From the NCBI GenBank assembly GCA_043822625.1, contig JBDRBQ010000072.1, positions 1-61,176 on the forward strand: DNA of 61,176 nucleotides. Direction: 5' to 3'. The notes under the pieces are model-generated. The model was given only the letters and a program-made list of their open reading frames with translations, searched no databases and was not told where the DNA came from. Origin of the DNA: Candidatus Omnitrophota bacterium. Its GTDB lineage: Bacteria > Omnitrophota > Gorgyraeia > DAOVKU01. Of this stretch, positions 39,522 through 48,995 are shown piece by piece (position 1 is the first letter of the stretch; each line of letters starts with the position of its first letter). The translations under genes and the position numbers were made by a program.

Positions 39522-39800
39522 ATGAAATACGAATGGAACCCGGAGAAAAATGAATGGTTGAAAAAAGAAAGAAAAATATCTTTTGAAAACATTGCGTTTC
39601 ATTTATTGCAGGGGGATGTTTGGAAAACCGCGGATCATCCTGATCAAAAAAAATACCCCGATCAGAAAATATATTTTATTATCGTTGAAGATTATATTTA
39701 TATAGTTCCATATATTATCGAAAAAGAATATATTTTTTTAAAAACTATTATTCCAAGTAGAAAAGCAACCAGGGATTATAGAAAAGAATTGGAGGAGTAA
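39522..39800 (+). CDS. BrnT-like (DUF497 clan) toxin
   Basis: MKYEWNPEKNEWLKKERKISFE...FLKTIIPSRKAT; toxin-first order. Confidence 0.8.
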   Translation: MKYEWNPEKNEWLKKERKISFENIAFHLLQGDVWKTADHPDQKKYPDQKIYFIIVEDYIYIVPYIIEKEYIFLKTIIPSRKATRDYRKELEE

Positions 39801-39801
39801 T

Positions 39802-40095
39802 ATGAAATACGATAAAGAAGAAAAAGACATTTTAGATGCTTATGAAAGCGGGAAAATGAAGCTTTCTAAACCATCGAAAAAAGAAATAAAAGCTGTCAAA
39901 ACAGCCGCGGAAAACACATTTAAAAAAGATAAGCGAATCACTATACGACTTTACAGTCGTGATTTTAAAGGCATCCAGAAGAAAGCTATGGAAATGGGTA
40001 TGCCTTATCAAACGCTTATTTCTACGATAATTCACCGCTACGTCGAAGGTGAATGGACGAAGCAAGGCAATAGCGCGAAAAGAAAGAACCTGTAG
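39802..40095 (+). CDS. BrnA/CopG-like RHH antitoxin
   Basis: KDKRITIRL...KAMEMGMPYQTLISTIIHRYV ribbon-helix-helix signature. Confidence 0.85.
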   Translation: MKYDKEEKDILDAYESGKMKLSKPSKKEIKAVKTAAENTFKKDKRITIRLYSRDFKGIQKKAMEMGMPYQTLISTIIHRYVEGEWTKQGNSAKRKNL

Positions 40096-40237
40096 TGTCA
40101 CAGCGCGCCGTGACCGCTAATTAAAAAAAGCGGTAAATTATTGTAGGGGCGGATCTCTATATCCGCCCGTGATAGAACCCTATAAAATAATTTTAATAAA
40201 CAATCAAAATGTGTAGGGACAAGCCTAAGGCTTGTCC
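40083..40237. repeat. Direct-repeat block, copy 1 (three GTAG-type palindromes)
   Basis: 40083-40108 (26 bp) identical to 41034-41059; 40169-40237 (69 bp) identical to 41071-41139. Confidence 0.9.
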
Positions 40238-40313
40238 GATATAAGATAATAAAAATAGCAGAAAAAAACGAGTCGGAGTGACTCTTTCGCAATCATTATT
40301 TGCTTCAAAAATC

Positions 40314-40350
40314 TTGACAAAAATTTAGATATATATCATAATATATACCT
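40314..40350 (+). promoter_or_regulatory. vapBC promoter with overlapping AT-rich inverted repeat (probable operator)
   Basis: TTGACA (40314-40319), 17 bp spacer, CATAAT (40337-40342); GATATATATCATAATATATACC. Confidence 0.65.
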
Positions 40351-40393
40351 AAGTGTTGTATAGCCAAAAGTAACAAATAATATAAGGGGGTTA

Positions 40394-40627
40394 ATGAAAA
40401 TGAACACCGCGAAAGTATTTATAAACGGTAGAAGTCAAGCTGTTCGGTTGCCCAAAGATTTTAGGTTTAAAACTAAAGAAGTTTATATCAATAAAATTGA
40501 TAACGTTATAATGTTAATATCCAAAAATAAACCATGGATAAATTTGGTCAATAGTTTGGATAAGTTTACAGATGATTTTATGGTAAAAAGAAACCAGCCC
40601 AAAGATCAAAAAAGGCAAGCGTTTTAA
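40394..40627 (+). CDS. vapB: VapB/VagC antitoxin (AbrB/MazE fold)
   Basis: [21 protein letters not shown] signature. Confidence 0.92.
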   Translation: MKMNTAKVFINGRSQAVRLPKDFRFKTKEVYINKIDNVIMLISKNKPWINLVNSLDKFTDDFMVKRNQPKDQKRQAF

Positions 40628-41031
40628 TGAAATATTTATTAGATACAAATATATGTATTTATATAATTAAGAAAAAGCCCTTAGAAGTAATCAATAAGTT
40701 AACTAAAATAAATATTTCAGACATTGGAATGTCTTCTATTACTTTGAGTGAATTAGAATATGGTGTCGAGAAAAGTCAATCTTCCGATAGAAATAGAATC
40801 GCGTTGTTGGAATTCTTATCTCCGATTGAAATTTATAATTATGATGACTCAGCCGCTAAAGAATACGGGGTGATAAGAGCTGAATTAGAAAGAAAAGGAA
40901 ATATTGTTGGATCCTTGGATATGTTGATAGCGGCCCATGCTAAATCTTTAGGTTTGATATTGGTTACTAATAATGAGAAGGAATTTAAAAAAATACCGGA
41001 ATTAAAAATAGAAAATTGGGTAAAGAAATAA
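40627..41031 (+). CDS. vapC: VapC PIN-domain toxin
   Basis: YLLDTNICIY, SELEYG, DMLIAAHA, LVTNNEKEF. Confidence 0.95.
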   Translation: MKYLLDTNICIYIIKKKPLEVINKLTKINISDIGMSSITLSELEYGVEKSQSSDRNRIALLEFLSPIEIYNYDDSAAKEYGVIRAELERKGNIVGSLDMLIAAHAKSLGLILVTNNEKEFKKIPELKIENWVKK

Positions 41032-41033
41032 TT

Positions 41034-41302
41034 AAAGAACCTGTAGTGTCACAGCGCGCTGTATTCGCCAGTGATAGAACCCTATAAAATAATTTTAATA
41101 AACAATCAAAATGTGTAGGGACAAGCCTAAGGCTTGTCCAAGATAAAATAATAAAACCAGCCCAAAGATCAAAAAAGGCAAGTGTTTTGATTTCGTGTCA
41201 TGCTCGAATGTATTTGTCGGGCATCCAGAAAAGTTTTGTGTGCGCTTCCGAACACGGATTTGGTTATAACAATTTTGTAGGGGCGCAATATCTTGCGCCC
41301 GT
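41034..41302. repeat. Direct-repeat block, copy 2, plus vapB 3' remnant and two further palindromes
   Basis: Copies of the 26 and 69 bp blocks; 41154-41188 matches 40591-40625 with 1 mismatch; GTCATGCTCGAATGTATTTGTCGGGCATCCAG; GTAGGGGCGCAATATCTTGCGCCC. Confidence 0.85.
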
Positions 41303-41333
41303 TAATAACATAAAAACAAAATAGAGAAAAACC

Positions 41334-42407
41334 ATGATAAAACGCAGAAGAACAAGAGTTGTTAATGTCGGTAAAGTAAAGATGGGGTACCCTCATCCTA
41401 TTTCTGTACAGAGTATGACCAATGTGTCTACTGAAGATGTTGGGGCAACTATAAAGCAGATTAAAAAACTGGAAAAGGTTGGTTGTGAAATAATCCGAGT
41501 AGCTGTACTGAATGAAAAGGAAGCCTTCGCCATAAAGGAAATTAAGCGAGATATTTCCATACCTCTGGTGGCGGATATCCATTTTGATTATTGTTTAGCG
41601 CTCCTGTCTATAAAAAGCGGTTGTGACGCGGTGCGGATAAATCCCGGTAACATTCACAGAAAAGAAGACATGCTGAAAGTAGTACGTGAAGCCAAAAACG
41701 CCGGTATTCCCATCAGGATAGGAATGAATTCGGGTTCAGTAAGAAAACCTGCCGGAAGCAAAAAGCCAATCGAAGATTTAATGGTGGAGAGCGCTTTTGA
41801 GGCCATAAAAATTCTTGAGAAAGAAAAGTTTTATGATATAATAATTTCACTTAAATCATCGGATATACAGCAAACTATTAATGCTTACAAAAAAATATCA
41901 AAATTGTGCGATTATCCGACGCATCTTGGAATTACCGCGGCCGGACTGCCGGAAGAAGCCGTTGTCAAGTCGTCTATCGGTATGGGATTTTTACTGCTCA
42001 ACGGAATCGGGGATACTATCAGGGTTTCGATAACGGGTAATCCTGAACTGGAAGTGGAAGCCGGCAGGCGTATTTTAGCGAGCCTTGGACTTAGAAGATT
42101 TGGGCCGGAAGTAATAAGCTGTCCTACCTGCGGCAGATGCAAAGTTGATTTACCGTCGATTGTAAAAAAGGTCGAAAAAGAATTGATTTCTTTGAGTAAA
42201 ATATTTCCCGAAATAAACTGTCTTAAGGTGGCAGTTATGGGATGTGAAGTAAACGGTCCGGGAGAGGCTAAAGAAGCTGATGTCGGGGTTGCCTGTTCAC
42301 GTGGCGGCGCGCTGCTTTTTGCCAAAGGCGAAAAAATAAAAAAGATAAATTTAACCGAGATAGAAAAGGAATTGATAGGATATATTAAAAATGAAATGGT
42401 CGAATAA
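41334..42407 (+). CDS. ispG: (E)-4-hydroxy-3-methylbut-2-enyl-diphosphate synthase
   Basis: VQSMTN, VADIHFD, RINPGNI, GDTIRVS, SCPTCGRC, MGCEVNGPGE. Confidence 0.98.
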   Translation: MIKRRRTRVVNVGKVKMGYPHPISVQSMTNVSTEDVGATIKQIKKLEKVGCEIIRVAVLNEKEAFAIKEIKRDISIPLVADIHFDYCLALLSIKSGCDAVRINPGNIHRKEDMLKVVREAKNAGIPIRIGMNSGSVRKPAGSKKPIEDLMVESAFEAIKILEKEKFYDIIISLKSSDIQQTINAYKKISKLCDYPTHLGITAAGLPEEAVVKSSIGMGFLLLNGIGDTIRVSITGNPELEVEAGRRILASLGLRRFGPEVISCPTCGRCKVDLPSIVKKVEKELISLSKIFPEINCLKVAVMGCEVNGPGEAKEADVGVACSRGGALLFAKGEKIKKINLTEIEKELIGYIKNEMVE

Positions 42408-44118
42408 TACGTTAATACCTACTTTAAAAGAATCTCCGGCGGAGGCAGAAGCGCTGAGCCATAAACTTATGATTCGAGCAGGGCTGATAAGAAAATTAGC
42501 TTCGGGAATTTATTATTATTTGCCGCTCGGCTATAGGGTGTTGTCGAAAGTTATCAACATTGTGCGTAAACACATGAATAAAGCCGGCGCTCAGGAACTG
42601 CTTTTGCCCGCGTTACAGCCGGTTAATTTATGGGAAACTTCAGGCCGATTTGAATTACTTGGAGAAGATATGTTCAGCTTCAAAGACCGGCATAAAAATG
42701 TGATGGTTCTCGGTCCCACGCATGAAGAAGTAATTACCGACCTCGTAAAAAACGAAGTAAAGTCATATAAACAACTACCGCAGATATTATATCAAATTCA
42801 GACTAAATTCAGGGATGAACCGCGGCCGCGTTTCGGGGTGGTGCGTTCTAAAGAATTTATAATGAAAGACGCCTACAGTTTCGACGTTGACGAAGAAGGG
42901 CTCAGCAAAAGTTATGAACTGATGAAAAAAGCGTACTGTGATATTTTAAATGAATGCGGCCTTGATTTTGTCATGGTGGAAGCTGACCCCGGGATTATGG
43001 GGGGGAAGCAGTCCAGTGAATTTATGATTTTTTCGGAGAGCGGCGAAGATTTGGCGGCTGGCTGCGATTGCGGCGCGGCTTTTAACGCGGATGCGGCGGC
43101 AGAAGCGGAAGAAGAAAATGCCGGAAGCGATATTGCGGAGCTTACGTTAAAAGAAGTTTCAACGCCGTCAAAAACTACCATCGAAGAAGTAAGCTGTTTT
43201 CTTAAAATTACACCCGATAAGCTTTTAAAAACTATTATTTACGACGTAGATGGAGAGGGAAATATAGCGGTTTTGATAAGAGGCGACCATCACGTCAATG
43301 AAACGAAATTAAAAAAAATTGTCGGTACGGATAAATTTAGGATGGCGGATGAAAATACTATTAAAAAACTTACTAATAGTAAAGTGGGATTTTCCGGCCC
43401 TGTGGGGCTCAGCGGCGTACGAATAGTCGCTGATAATGCCGTAAAGAAAATGTCTAATTTTGTCTGTGGCGCGAACAAAGACGACGCGCACTTTGTAAAC
43501 GTGAATCTAAATAGAGATTTTAGCCCAAAAGAATACGCGGATTTAAGGCAGATAGAAAACGGGGATTTGTGTCCTGTCTGTCGAAAAGGGAAAATAAAAC
43601 TCAATAAGGCCATGGAGGTTGGACATATATTTAAACTCGGCACACGCTACACTCAGGCTATGGGGGCGAATTATTTAGACGCGGACCAGAAAGAAAAAAC
43701 CATTATCATGGGCTGTTACGGTCTTGGAATAAACCGTCTTATCGCGGCCTGTATTGAACAAAATCATGATGAAAAAGGCATTAAGTGGCCTGTTTCTTTA
43801 AGTCCTTATGAAGTAATTATATCCGTTTTAAATCCTCAGGATGAAGCTGTGCTGAAACTTGCCGAAGACGTTTATTGTAAGCTGGAAAATATCGGTGTTA
43901 AGGATGTTTTGCTTGATATCAGAGATGAACGGGCTGGGATTAAATTTAACGATGCCGATCTGATAGGTTTTTACCTGAGAGTTGTTATAAGCCGGCGAAC
44001 TTTATCGGAAAATAAAGCGGAAATTTTCCTGCGAAAAGAAGGAGAAACTAAAAATTTCGATATAAATAACATAGAGATAGAAATCAAAAAACTTCTTGAC
44101 AAAAATAGACTGGAGTAG
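42391..44118 (+). CDS. proS: Proline-tRNA ligase (with insertion editing domain)
   Basis: LGPTHEE, KFRDEPRPRFG, EFIMKDAYSF, EVGHIFKLG, MGCYGLG. Confidence 0.98.
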   Translation: MKWSNNTLIPTLKESPAEAEALSHKLMIRAGLIRKLASGIYYYLPLGYRVLSKVINIVRKHMNKAGAQELLLPALQPVNLWETSGRFELLGEDMFSFKDRHKNVMVLGPTHEEVITDLVKNEVKSYKQLPQILYQIQTKFRDEPRPRFGVVRSKEFIMKDAYSFDVDEEGLSKSYELMKKAYCDILNECGLDFVMVEADPGIMGGKQSSEFMIFSESGEDLAAGCDCGAAFNADAAAEAEEENAGSDIAELTLKEVSTPSKTTIEEVSCFLKITPDKLLKTIIYDVDGEGNIAVLIRGDHHVNETKLKKIVGTDKFRMADENTIKKLTNSKVGFSGPVGLSGVRIVADNAVKKMSNFVCGANKDDAHFVNVNLNRDFSPKEYADLRQIENGDLCPVCRKGKIKLNKAMEVGHIFKLGTRYTQAMGANYLDADQKEKTIIMGCYGLGINRLIAACIEQNHDEKGIKWPVSLSPYEVIISVLNPQDEAVLKLAEDVYCKLENIGVKDVLLDIRDERAGIKFNDADLIGFYLRVVISRRTLSENKAEIFLRKEGETKNFDINNIEIEIKKLLDKNRLE

Positions 44119-44150
44119 TACCCTATTTTAAAGAGATATACTTATTATGA

Positions 44151-44180
44151 AGAGTGGGCAGGAAAACCCACTTTTTTTTA
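44151..44180 (+). promoter_or_regulatory. rimP/nusA leader hairpin-terminator
   Basis: AGAGTGGG-caggaaaa-CCCACTTTTTTTT directly upstream of rimP, where such a leader hairpin is commonly found. Confidence 0.7.
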
Positions 44181-44203
44181 TTGAAAGAGGATATTGCTAA
44201 AAA

Positions 44204-44662
44204 ATGGAAAAAACGATTATTGATAAAATAATGGAAATAGTAAAAAAAACTTTGGATGCTTTTGACTTTCAATTAGTAGAATTATATTTTAAAAAAGGAA
44301 GAAGCAAAGAGTTTATCAAAGTATTAATTGACAAGGCGGAAGGCGGGATTACTTCGAAGGAATGTGTTAAAGCTAATAAAGAAATCAGTTTGGCGCTGGA
44401 TAATTCAGGTGTCTTAACGCAAAGCTATGTGCTTGAAGTTTCTTCGCCTGGTATAGACCGCCCGTTGGTTACAAAAGAAGATTTCCAGAGAAAGAAAGGT
44501 AAAAAAGTAAAGATAGAAACCACAGAATCTTTAAAAGGAATAGCCGGCGCTATTGTGGATGTAACTGATGAGGCTGTAATAATCGAGAAAGAAGAAAATA
44601 AAGAGCGCGAAAATGTCCCGTTTAAGTTAATCAAAAAGGCGAAGATAAAAATAGAGTGGTAG
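44204..44662 (+). CDS. rimP: Ribosome maturation factor RimP
   Basis: YVLEVSSPGIDRPL; precedes nusA. Confidence 0.95.
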   Translation: MEKTIIDKIMEIVKKTLDAFDFQLVELYFKKGRSKEFIKVLIDKAEGGITSKECVKANKEISLALDNSGVLTQSYVLEVSSPGIDRPLVTKEDFQRKKGKKVKIETTESLKGIAGAIVDVTDEAVIIEKEENKERENVPFKLIKKAKIKIEW

Positions 44663-44673
44663 GTGAATAATCT

Positions 44674-45864
44674 ATGAACAATGAACTATTATCGGCTTTG
44701 GAATATTTAGAAAAAGAACGAGGAATTAAAAAAGAAATTTTGATTAAAGCGGTGGAATCCGCGCTTATTTCAGCGGTTAGAAAAACGCTCAAAGAAAAAA
44801 CAGCTGAAATAAGAGTTGAATTTGATTCAGGATCCGGCGGTTTTAAATTTTTTGCCGATGAAAAAGAAATTCAGGATCCCCTGTTTGGTAGAATTGCCGC
44901 GCAAACCGCCAAGCAGGTCATAATTCAGAGAATAAGAGAGGCGGAAAAAGATATTGCTTTCGAAGAATTTGAAAGTAAAAAAGGCGATATTGTCAATGGG
45001 TTAGTTCATCGTTTTGAGAAAAATGCCGTGATTTTGGATTTGGGAAAAGCCGAAGGCATTTTACCGAAAAAAGAACAATTGCCCAAAGAGAATTATCGTC
45101 AGGGTGAAAGAATAAAAGCTCTTGTCTTGGAAGTAAATAGGGGGCTTAGGGGGCTGCAGATAATATTGTCGAGAAATGATGCGTCATTAGTTAAACGGCT
45201 TTTTGAACTTGAAGTGCCTGAAATTTCAGAAGGTATAGTAGAAATTAAATCTATCGCCAGAGATGCCGGAGAGCGCACTAAAATTGCCGTTTTTTCCAAA
45301 GATGAAAAAATAGACAGCGTTGGATCTTGTGTAGGCATGAGAGGTTCGCGCGTAAAAGATATCGTTAGAGAGCTCCAGGGAGAAAAAATTGATATTATTA
45401 AGTGGGAAAAAGATATTAAGGACTTTGTTAAAAATGCTTTAAGTCCGGCCAAAGTATCAGAAGTAGCGGTAGATGAGAAAAATAGAAGGATAGAAGTTGT
45501 GGTAGAAAATGACCAGCTATCTCTGGCTATCGGTAAACACGGACAGAACGTAAGGCTGGCTTCTAAATTGATATCATATGAAATAGACATAAAAAGTTAT
45601 AGTGAAATAACAAAAGATAAAGATAAGGAAATAGAAAAAGAAATAGAAAAAGAAAAAGAAGTGCATAAGGTTAAGTCAGAAGCTATAACGTTAGATAATT
45701 TAGCGGGAGTCGGAGAAAAAACAACGGTCCTTCTAAAAGAAGCCGGTTTTGATAGTATTGAAAAAATAGCAGGCAGTTCGGTGGAGGAGTTAACGAAAAT
45801 TAAAGGGCTTGGGGAAAAGACTGCCGAAAAAATTATTGCAGAGGCTAAAAAAAATATTTCGTAA
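44674..45864 (+). CDS. nusA: Transcription termination factor NusA
   Basis: FGRIAAQTAKQVI, S1 and KH domains, LAIGKHGQNVRLAS, C-terminal HhH. Confidence 0.98.
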   Translation: MNNELLSALEYLEKERGIKKEILIKAVESALISAVRKTLKEKTAEIRVEFDSGSGGFKFFADEKEIQDPLFGRIAAQTAKQVIIQRIREAEKDIAFEEFESKKGDIVNGLVHRFEKNAVILDLGKAEGILPKKEQLPKENYRQGERIKALVLEVNRGLRGLQIILSRNDASLVKRLFELEVPEISEGIVEIKSIARDAGERTKIAVFSKDEKIDSVGSCVGMRGSRVKDIVRELQGEKIDIIKWEKDIKDFVKNALSPAKVSEVAVDEKNRRIEVVVENDQLSLAIGKHGQNVRLASKLISYEIDIKSYSEITKDKDKEIEKEIEKEKEVHKVKSEAITLDNLAGVGEKTTVLLKEAGFDSIEKIAGSSVEELTKIKGLGEKTAEKIIAEAKKNIS

Positions 45865-45886
45865 TTATTATTAAGGAGAAAAAACA

Positions 45887-47968
45887 TTGAGTCTAAGAGT
45901 GCATCAATTAGCTAAGAATTTGGGATTATCGAGTAAAGAATTAATCGAGAGGCTTAATAAATTACATGTGAAAGTAACAGGGCACATGAGCGCGGTAGAT
46001 GAAAAGACCGCCGAAATTTTAATGGCGGAACTTAAACCGGTTACGGCTAAACCCGCGGAAAAAGAAAAGCCCGAGAAGGCTGTAAAAAAACCGAAACCGC
46101 CAAAAGAAGAAAAGAAGGAAGAAGAGAAAATAGTAACTGAAAAAAAGACCGAAGAGGTAGTTGAAGAAGTACTTGAAGAAAAAATCGAAGTAATAAGCAA
46201 AGAAAAAACTATTCCAAAAAAAGAAGTAAAATTTCCTATCACGCCCAAAGAATTAGCTTTGAAACTACAGATAAAACCAAGTCAATTAATCTCGGATCTG
46301 ATAAAGAAAAGAATTTTTGTCAATCTTAATCAAAATTTAAGCGAAGACGTGGCTAAAGGAATCGCGCAAAATTACAATGTGGAATTAATAGCACTGCCAT
46401 CCGAAGAAGAAGCCATTCTGTCAGAACATGAAAAGATAGATAAGAGTAAACTTATTTTAAGAGCACCGGTAGTTACTTTTATGGGACACGTTGACCACGG
46501 GAAAACCTCTCTTTTGGATTTTATTAGAAAAACAAGAGTCGCTCATAAAGAAGCTGGTGGAATAACTCAGCATATAGGCGCTTACCAAGTAGATTTTAAA
46601 GGTGGAAAAGTTACTTTTCTGGATACCCCTGGACACGAAGCGTTTACCGCTATGCGTGCCAGAGGAGCGGATGTTACCGATGTAGTTGTGTTGGTGGTAG
46701 CCGCGGACGATGGTGTTAAACCCCAAACTATTGAAGCTATCGATCATGCCAAAGCGGCTGGTGTGCCTATTGTCGTAGCTATGAATAAAATAGATAAGCC
46801 GCAGGTGGATATTGATAAAACTAAAAGACAGCTTGCCGAATTGGGTTTGACCCCGGAGGATTGGGGTGGAAAAACGATAACAGTAGGTGTTTCCGCTAAA
46901 ACAGGAGAAGGGATAGATCATTTACTTGAAATGCTTTTGCTTGAAGCGGAAATGCTGGAACTAAGAGCCGATCCAACCCGTTCTGCCAAAGGTATTGTAA
47001 TCGAGAGTAAGTTAACCCGCGGCAGTGGTCCTGTGTCTACGGTTTTGGTTCAAAATGGAACGCTTCGCGTTTCCGATATTATTATATGCGGAAATTGTTT
47101 TGGCAAGGTAAAAGCGCTTGTGGATGACAAAGGGCAGAGAATAACGCAAGCCGGTCCGGCGACTCCTGTAGAAATTTTAGGGTTGAACGGCATAGTCAAC
47201 GCGGGGGAAATTTTTTATGTAGTCGAAGATGAAAAGAAAGCCAAAGAAATAGCTTTATTAAAACAACACAAAGCAAAGGAAGAAAGAATATTAAATACGG
47301 TTAAACCCAAAATTTCTTTAGATACCTTATATATCGAAATACAAGCCGGCCATGTGAAAGAATTGAAACTTATTGTCAAGGCAGATATGCAGGGTTCTGT
47401 GGAAGCACTTGTGGACAGTCTGGAAAAACTTAGCACGGAAAAAGTTAAATTAAAAGTTATTCACGCGGGAGTCGGTTCTATAAATGAATCCGACATACTT
47501 TTGGCGGCCGCTTCCGACGCTATCGTTGTGGGATTTCACGTCAAATTTGAACCGGGAGTGAAAGCAACAGCTTCAAGAGAGGGTGTAGATGTTAGAAATT
47601 ATAGTATAATTTATGAAGCGGTTTCCGATATTAGGGCGGCTATGGAAGGATTGTTGGATCCGAAGATAAATAAAGTTTTTATCGGGCGCGCCGAGGTAAG
47701 AGAAGTATTCAAGCTTTCGAAATCCGGTATAATAGCAGGCTGTATGGTTACTAAAGGTAAAATTATACGCGGAGAACATGCCGCGGTTTACAGGGATAAA
47801 GAATCTATTTTCGAAGGACGCGTTGATTCGTTGAAACATTTTAAAAACGACGCGAAAGAAATGACTGAAGGAAGCGAATGTGGTATTTCTTTCTCCAGCT
47901 ACAAAGCTCTTAAAGTCGGAGATATAATAGAATGTTACCGCCTAGAAAAAATAATACAAAAGTTGTAA
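45887..47968 (+). CDS. infB: Translation initiation factor IF-2
   Basis: [24 protein letters not shown]; TTG start with SD AAGGAG. Confidence 0.99.
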   Translation: MSLRVHQLAKNLGLSSKELIERLNKLHVKVTGHMSAVDEKTAEILMAELKPVTAKPAEKEKPEKAVKKPKPPKEEKKEEEKIVTEKKTEEVVEEVLEEKIEVISKEKTIPKKEVKFPITPKELALKLQIKPSQLISDLIKKRIFVNLNQNLSEDVAKGIAQNYNVELIALPSEEEAILSEHEKIDKSKLILRAPVVTFMGHVDHGKTSLLDFIRKTRVAHKEAGGITQHIGAYQVDFKGGKVTFLDTPGHEAFTAMRARGADVTDVVVLVVAADDGVKPQTIEAIDHAKAAGVPIVVAMNKIDKPQVDIDKTKRQLAELGLTPEDWGGKTITVGVSAKTGEGIDHLLEMLLLEAEMLELRADPTRSAKGIVIESKLTRGSGPVSTVLVQNGTLRVSDIIICGNCFGKVKALVDDKGQRITQAGPATPVEILGLNGIVNAGEIFYVVEDEKKAKEIALLKQHKAKEERILNTVKPKISLDTLYIEIQAGHVKELKLIVKADMQGSVEALVDSLEKLSTEKVKLKVIHAGVGSINESDILLAAASDAIVVGFHVKFEPGVKATASREGVDVRNYSIIYEAVSDIRAAMEGLLDPKINKVFIGRAEVREVFKLSKSGIIAGCMVTKGKIIRGEHAAVYRDKESIFEGRVDSLKHFKNDAKEMTEGSECGISFSSYKALKVGDIIECYRLEKIIQKL

Positions 47969-47981
47969 AAATTCACGAACT

Positions 47982-48992
47982 ATGAAAAAACGAATATTAA
48001 CCGGAGACAGACCTACCGGAAAACTACATCTTGGGCATTATGTCGGTTCTATTGCCAATAGGGTTAAACTACAATACGATTACGAAGAATATCTGTTGAT
48101 AGCCGATGTTCAGGCTTTGACAACTAATTTCGATCACCCTGAAAGATTGGCTTTGGATGTCCGTGAAGTAGCTATGGATAATCTCGCCTGTGGCATAGAC
48201 CCCAAGACAACTACTATCTGTGTGCAGTCTAAAATACCGGAAATATTCGAACTGACAAGTTATTTTTCCATGTTTACCACTGTCTCAAGCCTGAGGCGTA
48301 ATCCTACTATTAAAACTGAAATAAAACAGCTTGGTCTGCAGGAAAACATTATGTATGGTTTCCTGGGTTATCCTGTTTCCCAGGCGGCGGATATTACTAT
48401 TTTCGAAGCCCATCTTGTGCCGGTGGGAGAAGATCAAATGCCTATACTTGAAGCAACGAGGGAAATCGTGCGTAAATTCAACCGTCTTTATAAAGATGTG
48501 TTAACTGAACCGGATGGATTGGTAGGTGAGGTAGGGCGGTTGGTAGGTACCGACGGTCAGGCTAAGATGTCAAAAAGCCTGGGAAACGTTATATATCTTT
48601 GCGATGATGAAAAAGCGGTAGAGAAAAAAGTCGGTCAAATGTTTACCGATCCGGAAAAAATTCGTCTCGGTGATAAAGGCCATCCGCATAAATGCCCGGT
48701 TTGTATATATCATGCAACTTTTAATCTTGATAAAGAAGAAGTAGATGGGTTGAAAAAAGAATGTTTATCCGGCAAACGGGGATGTGTAGAGTGTAAGAAA
48801 AGGCTAAGTGAAGTATTAAATAGTTTTTTGACTCCGATAAGAGAAAAACGAAAAATTTTCGAAAAAAATCCCGATTTGGTAGATGATATTTTAATAACGG
48901 GAATAAAAAAAGCACGAACTGTTACGACTAAGACGATCGAAAAAGTGCGGGAAGCCATGAAGATAGATTATTTTAAAGGGACACATGTTTAG
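47982..48992 (+). CDS. trpS: Tryptophan-tRNA ligase
   Basis: TGDRPTGKLHLGH, YPVSQAADI, VPVGEDQ, KMSKS. Confidence 0.98.
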   Translation: MKKRILTGDRPTGKLHLGHYVGSIANRVKLQYDYEEYLLIADVQALTTNFDHPERLALDVREVAMDNLACGIDPKTTTICVQSKIPEIFELTSYFSMFTTVSSLRRNPTIKTEIKQLGLQENIMYGFLGYPVSQAADITIFEAHLVPVGEDQMPILEATREIVRKFNRLYKDVLTEPDGLVGEVGRLVGTDGQAKMSKSLGNVIYLCDDEKAVEKKVGQMFTDPEKIRLGDKGHPHKCPVCIYHATFNLDKEEVDGLKKECLSGKRGCVECKKRLSEVLNSFLTPIREKRKIFEKNPDLVDDILITGIKKARTVTTKTIEKVREAMKIDYFKGTHV

Positions 48993-48995
48993 ACG

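Noticed and set aside
40098-40292. 64-aa minus-strand ORF in the TA island
   Set aside because: Translation of the REP block; no RBS or domain
39359-41333. CRISPR array or classical integron
   Set aside because: Repeats are irregular and separated by whole genes; no cas, no intI, and no clear RYYYAAC…GTTRRRY attC geometry
45600-45665. Tandem AGAAATAGAAAA-like repeats in nusA
   Set aside because: Low-complexity KE-rich linker codons, not an independent element
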